Positions 61,790-64,000 of a stretch of 64,000 nt of DNA are shown here, in pieces. Under the pieces are notes generated by a model that made no database searches, was not told the DNA's origin, and saw only the letters and a list, made by a program, of their open reading frames with translations. Both the position numbers and the translations under genes were made by a program. Each line of letters begins with the position of its first letter. Position 1 is the stretch's first letter. Origin of the DNA: Takakia lepidozioides (Eukaryota; Plantae; Bryophyta); assembly GCA_030704615.1 (NCBI GenBank), contig CM060733.1, positions 56,792,001-56,856,000 of the forward strand, written 5' to 3'.

Positions 61790-63495
61790 CACCAGTGCGC
61801 CGAAAATGCGGCCACCGAGTTCCTCCGGGGGGAAACCTTATACTCTCTAGAACGGAAAGCGGTTGCCGCATCTCCATCCAACAGTACGGTATGTGAAGGT
61901 GGGGGAACGGAAATGCGGTACCGCATTTCCGTTCTGATTGAGAATCATGAACCACGGGACTCAAATGCGGCACGCATTCCGTCCGAGTCGCACCTTCCGA
62001 CATACAGAACCGAAAATGCGGCGCCGCATTTCCGTTTTGTATTTGAGGCATGGAGCTGAGGGACTGACTGTTGAACCGCATTTCCGTCAGTTGATTTGAG
62101 ACCTTCATACTCTCCAGACGGGAAATGACGGCTACCGCATTTCCATTCTGACTGAATCGTGAACCATCGGAACTGAAATGCGGTGCCGCATTTCGTCGAG
62201 TCGCACCTTCCGACATTCCAGAACGGAAATGCGGCGCCGCATTTCCGTTTTGTATTTGAGGCATGGACTGAGGGACGGAAATGCGGCACCGCATTTCCGT
62301 CCGTTTAGACCTTCATACTCTCTAGAACGGAAAATGCGGAAATGCGGTACCGCATTCCGTTCTGACTGAAAATCGCGAACCATTGGAACTGAAATGCGGC
62401 ACCGCATTTCCGTCTGAGTCGCACCTTCTCCAGAACGGAAATGCGTCGCAGCATTTCCGTTTTGTATCTGAGGCATGGAGCCGAGGGACGAAAATGTTGC
62501 ACCGCTCTTCAGAACGGAAATGCAGTTACCGCATATCGTTCTGACTGAAATGTCAAGTGAAACCATCGGAACTGAAATGCGGCCCGCATTCCGTCTGAGT
62601 CGCACCTTCCGACATTCCAGAACGGAAATGCGGCGCCGCATTCCGTTTGTATCTGAGGCATGGAGCCGCAGGGACGGAATGCTGCACCGCATTTCCGATC
62701 CGGTTGAGACCTTCGTACTCTCCGAACGGAAATGCGGTACCGCATTTCCGTTCTGACTGAAAATCGTGAACCATCGGAACTGAAATGCGGCACCGCATTT
62801 TCGTCCGAGTCTCACCTTCCGACATTCCAGAACGGAAATGCGGCGCCGCATTTCCGTTTTGTATCTGAGGCATGGAGCCGAGGGACGGAAATGCTGCACC
62901 GCATTTCCGACCGGTTGAGACCTTCGTACTCTCAGAACGGAAATGCGGTACCGCATTTCGTTCTGACTGAAATCGTGAACCATCGAACTGAAATGAGGCA
63001 CCGTATTTCCGTCCGAGTCGCACTTTTCGACATTCAGGAACGGAAATGCGCGCCGCATTTCCGTTTGTATCTGAGGCATGGAGCTGTGGGACGGGAAATG
63101 CCGGCATCGTATTCCGTCCAGGTGAGACCTTCATACTCTCACGAACGGAAATGTGGCATGACATTTTCGTTAAAACAACTAAGGTATGTGAAGGTGGAAC
63201 GGAAATGCGGTACCGCATTTCCGTTCTGATTGAAAATCAGGAACCACGGGAACTGAAATGCGGCGCCGCATTTGTATCTCAGGCATGGAGCTGTGCGACG
63301 GAAATGCGGTGCCGCATTTCCATCTGTGTGGGACCTTCATACTCTGCAGACCGGAAATGCGGCACCGCATTTCCGTTCAACAACTAAGGTTTGTGAAGGT
63401 GGAACGGAAATGCGGTGCCGCATTTTCGTGCAACAAGTACGGTATGTGTAGCTTCGGGATGGTACTTAACGGAAATGCGGCGCCGCATTTGCATT
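61790..63495. repeat. Type-A palindrome array of copy A2
   Basis: Repeated GGAAATGCGGYRCCGCATTTCC, e.g. 61909-61930, 62225-62246, 62834-62855. Confidence 0.95.
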
Positions 63496-64000
63496 TTCAC
63501 TCTAACTCATCAGACGCTGGGACAGAAATGCCATGATATGTGAACACGTGGAGCAACGGAATTGCGGCACATGTCTGCACTCTATCTGACTGAAGTGGCA
63601 GGAGGCGGCGTGGCCTGACCGTTGGATAATGATGTTTGTTTTTTGGACGGCAGGCGTACCCTTGACGATTCGATTTCTGTAATGACGCAAAGTCCCCGAG
63701 GAGACACTTTCGTCCAAGCCTTTCGAACCCAAGTGGTGCATCACCGCCGTTTCATCTTCTTTTGTCGTGTCTACTAAGTCACCCCTCTCGCGCCCTTTCC
63801 ATCTGCACTCTTTGCCCCTTTTCCCTGTCTCTGTTCTTCTTATGCTCGAACCTGAGAGGGAGGGAGTGCGTGCAACAGAGAAGAGACGTCGTCGCAAGCT
63901 CCGAAAATTGTACTTCGGACGTAGGCCAATGCCAAAGGGGAGGAAGCAGATGCATCTACAGGAGGAGATTGCAATCGCACAGCATCAGGCCACGCAGGCA

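Larger units (their letters stand above)
57129..64000 (+). mobile_element. MULE copy A2 (subfamily A): left terminus, transposase, palindrome array, start of ParB-MTase gene; runs off the window
   Basis: Begins CGAGGTTTACTATTTCATGAGC and is collinear with 25043-31630. Confidence 0.92.

Overview
Repeat-dense eukaryotic DNA, most likely a non-seed land plant (spliceosomal introns, a plant A1B aspartic protease, Gypsy and RLE-type LINE remnants; the species cannot be determined). There is one clear host gene, a nepenthesin-like aspartic protease (6431-9329, -). The rest is nested transposons plus a 500-N gap (24543-25042). The dominant feature is a large (>15 kb) Mutator-like TIR DNA transposon family, seen as four copies or fragments plus one older related gene. 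It has termini 5'-CGRGG(T/G)YTRCTATTTCATGAGC and a DDE/SWIM transposase. Transcribed away from the transposase is an intron-containing gene fusing a ParB/Srx-type domain (DGNHR) to a prokaryote-like beta-class N4C/N6A DNA methyltransferase fold. Each subfamily is studded with its own 20-22 bp palindrome: GGAAATGCGGYRCCGCATTTCC, GGAAATYCGGCGCCGRATTTCC or GGAAGTCTGTGCCGACTTCC. My main hypothesis is a transposon-encoded ParB/parS-like self-recognition and DNA-marking or anti-silencing system. Other notable items: a head-to-head pair of unknown paralogous cargo ORFs; a LINE with RT, chromodomain, adenine-MTase-like, RNase H and RLE domains; a Gypsy element with an extra ORF; and a three-layer nested insertion followed by a ~7 kb inversion. 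Many 1-bp frameshifts may be sequencing error rather than decay.
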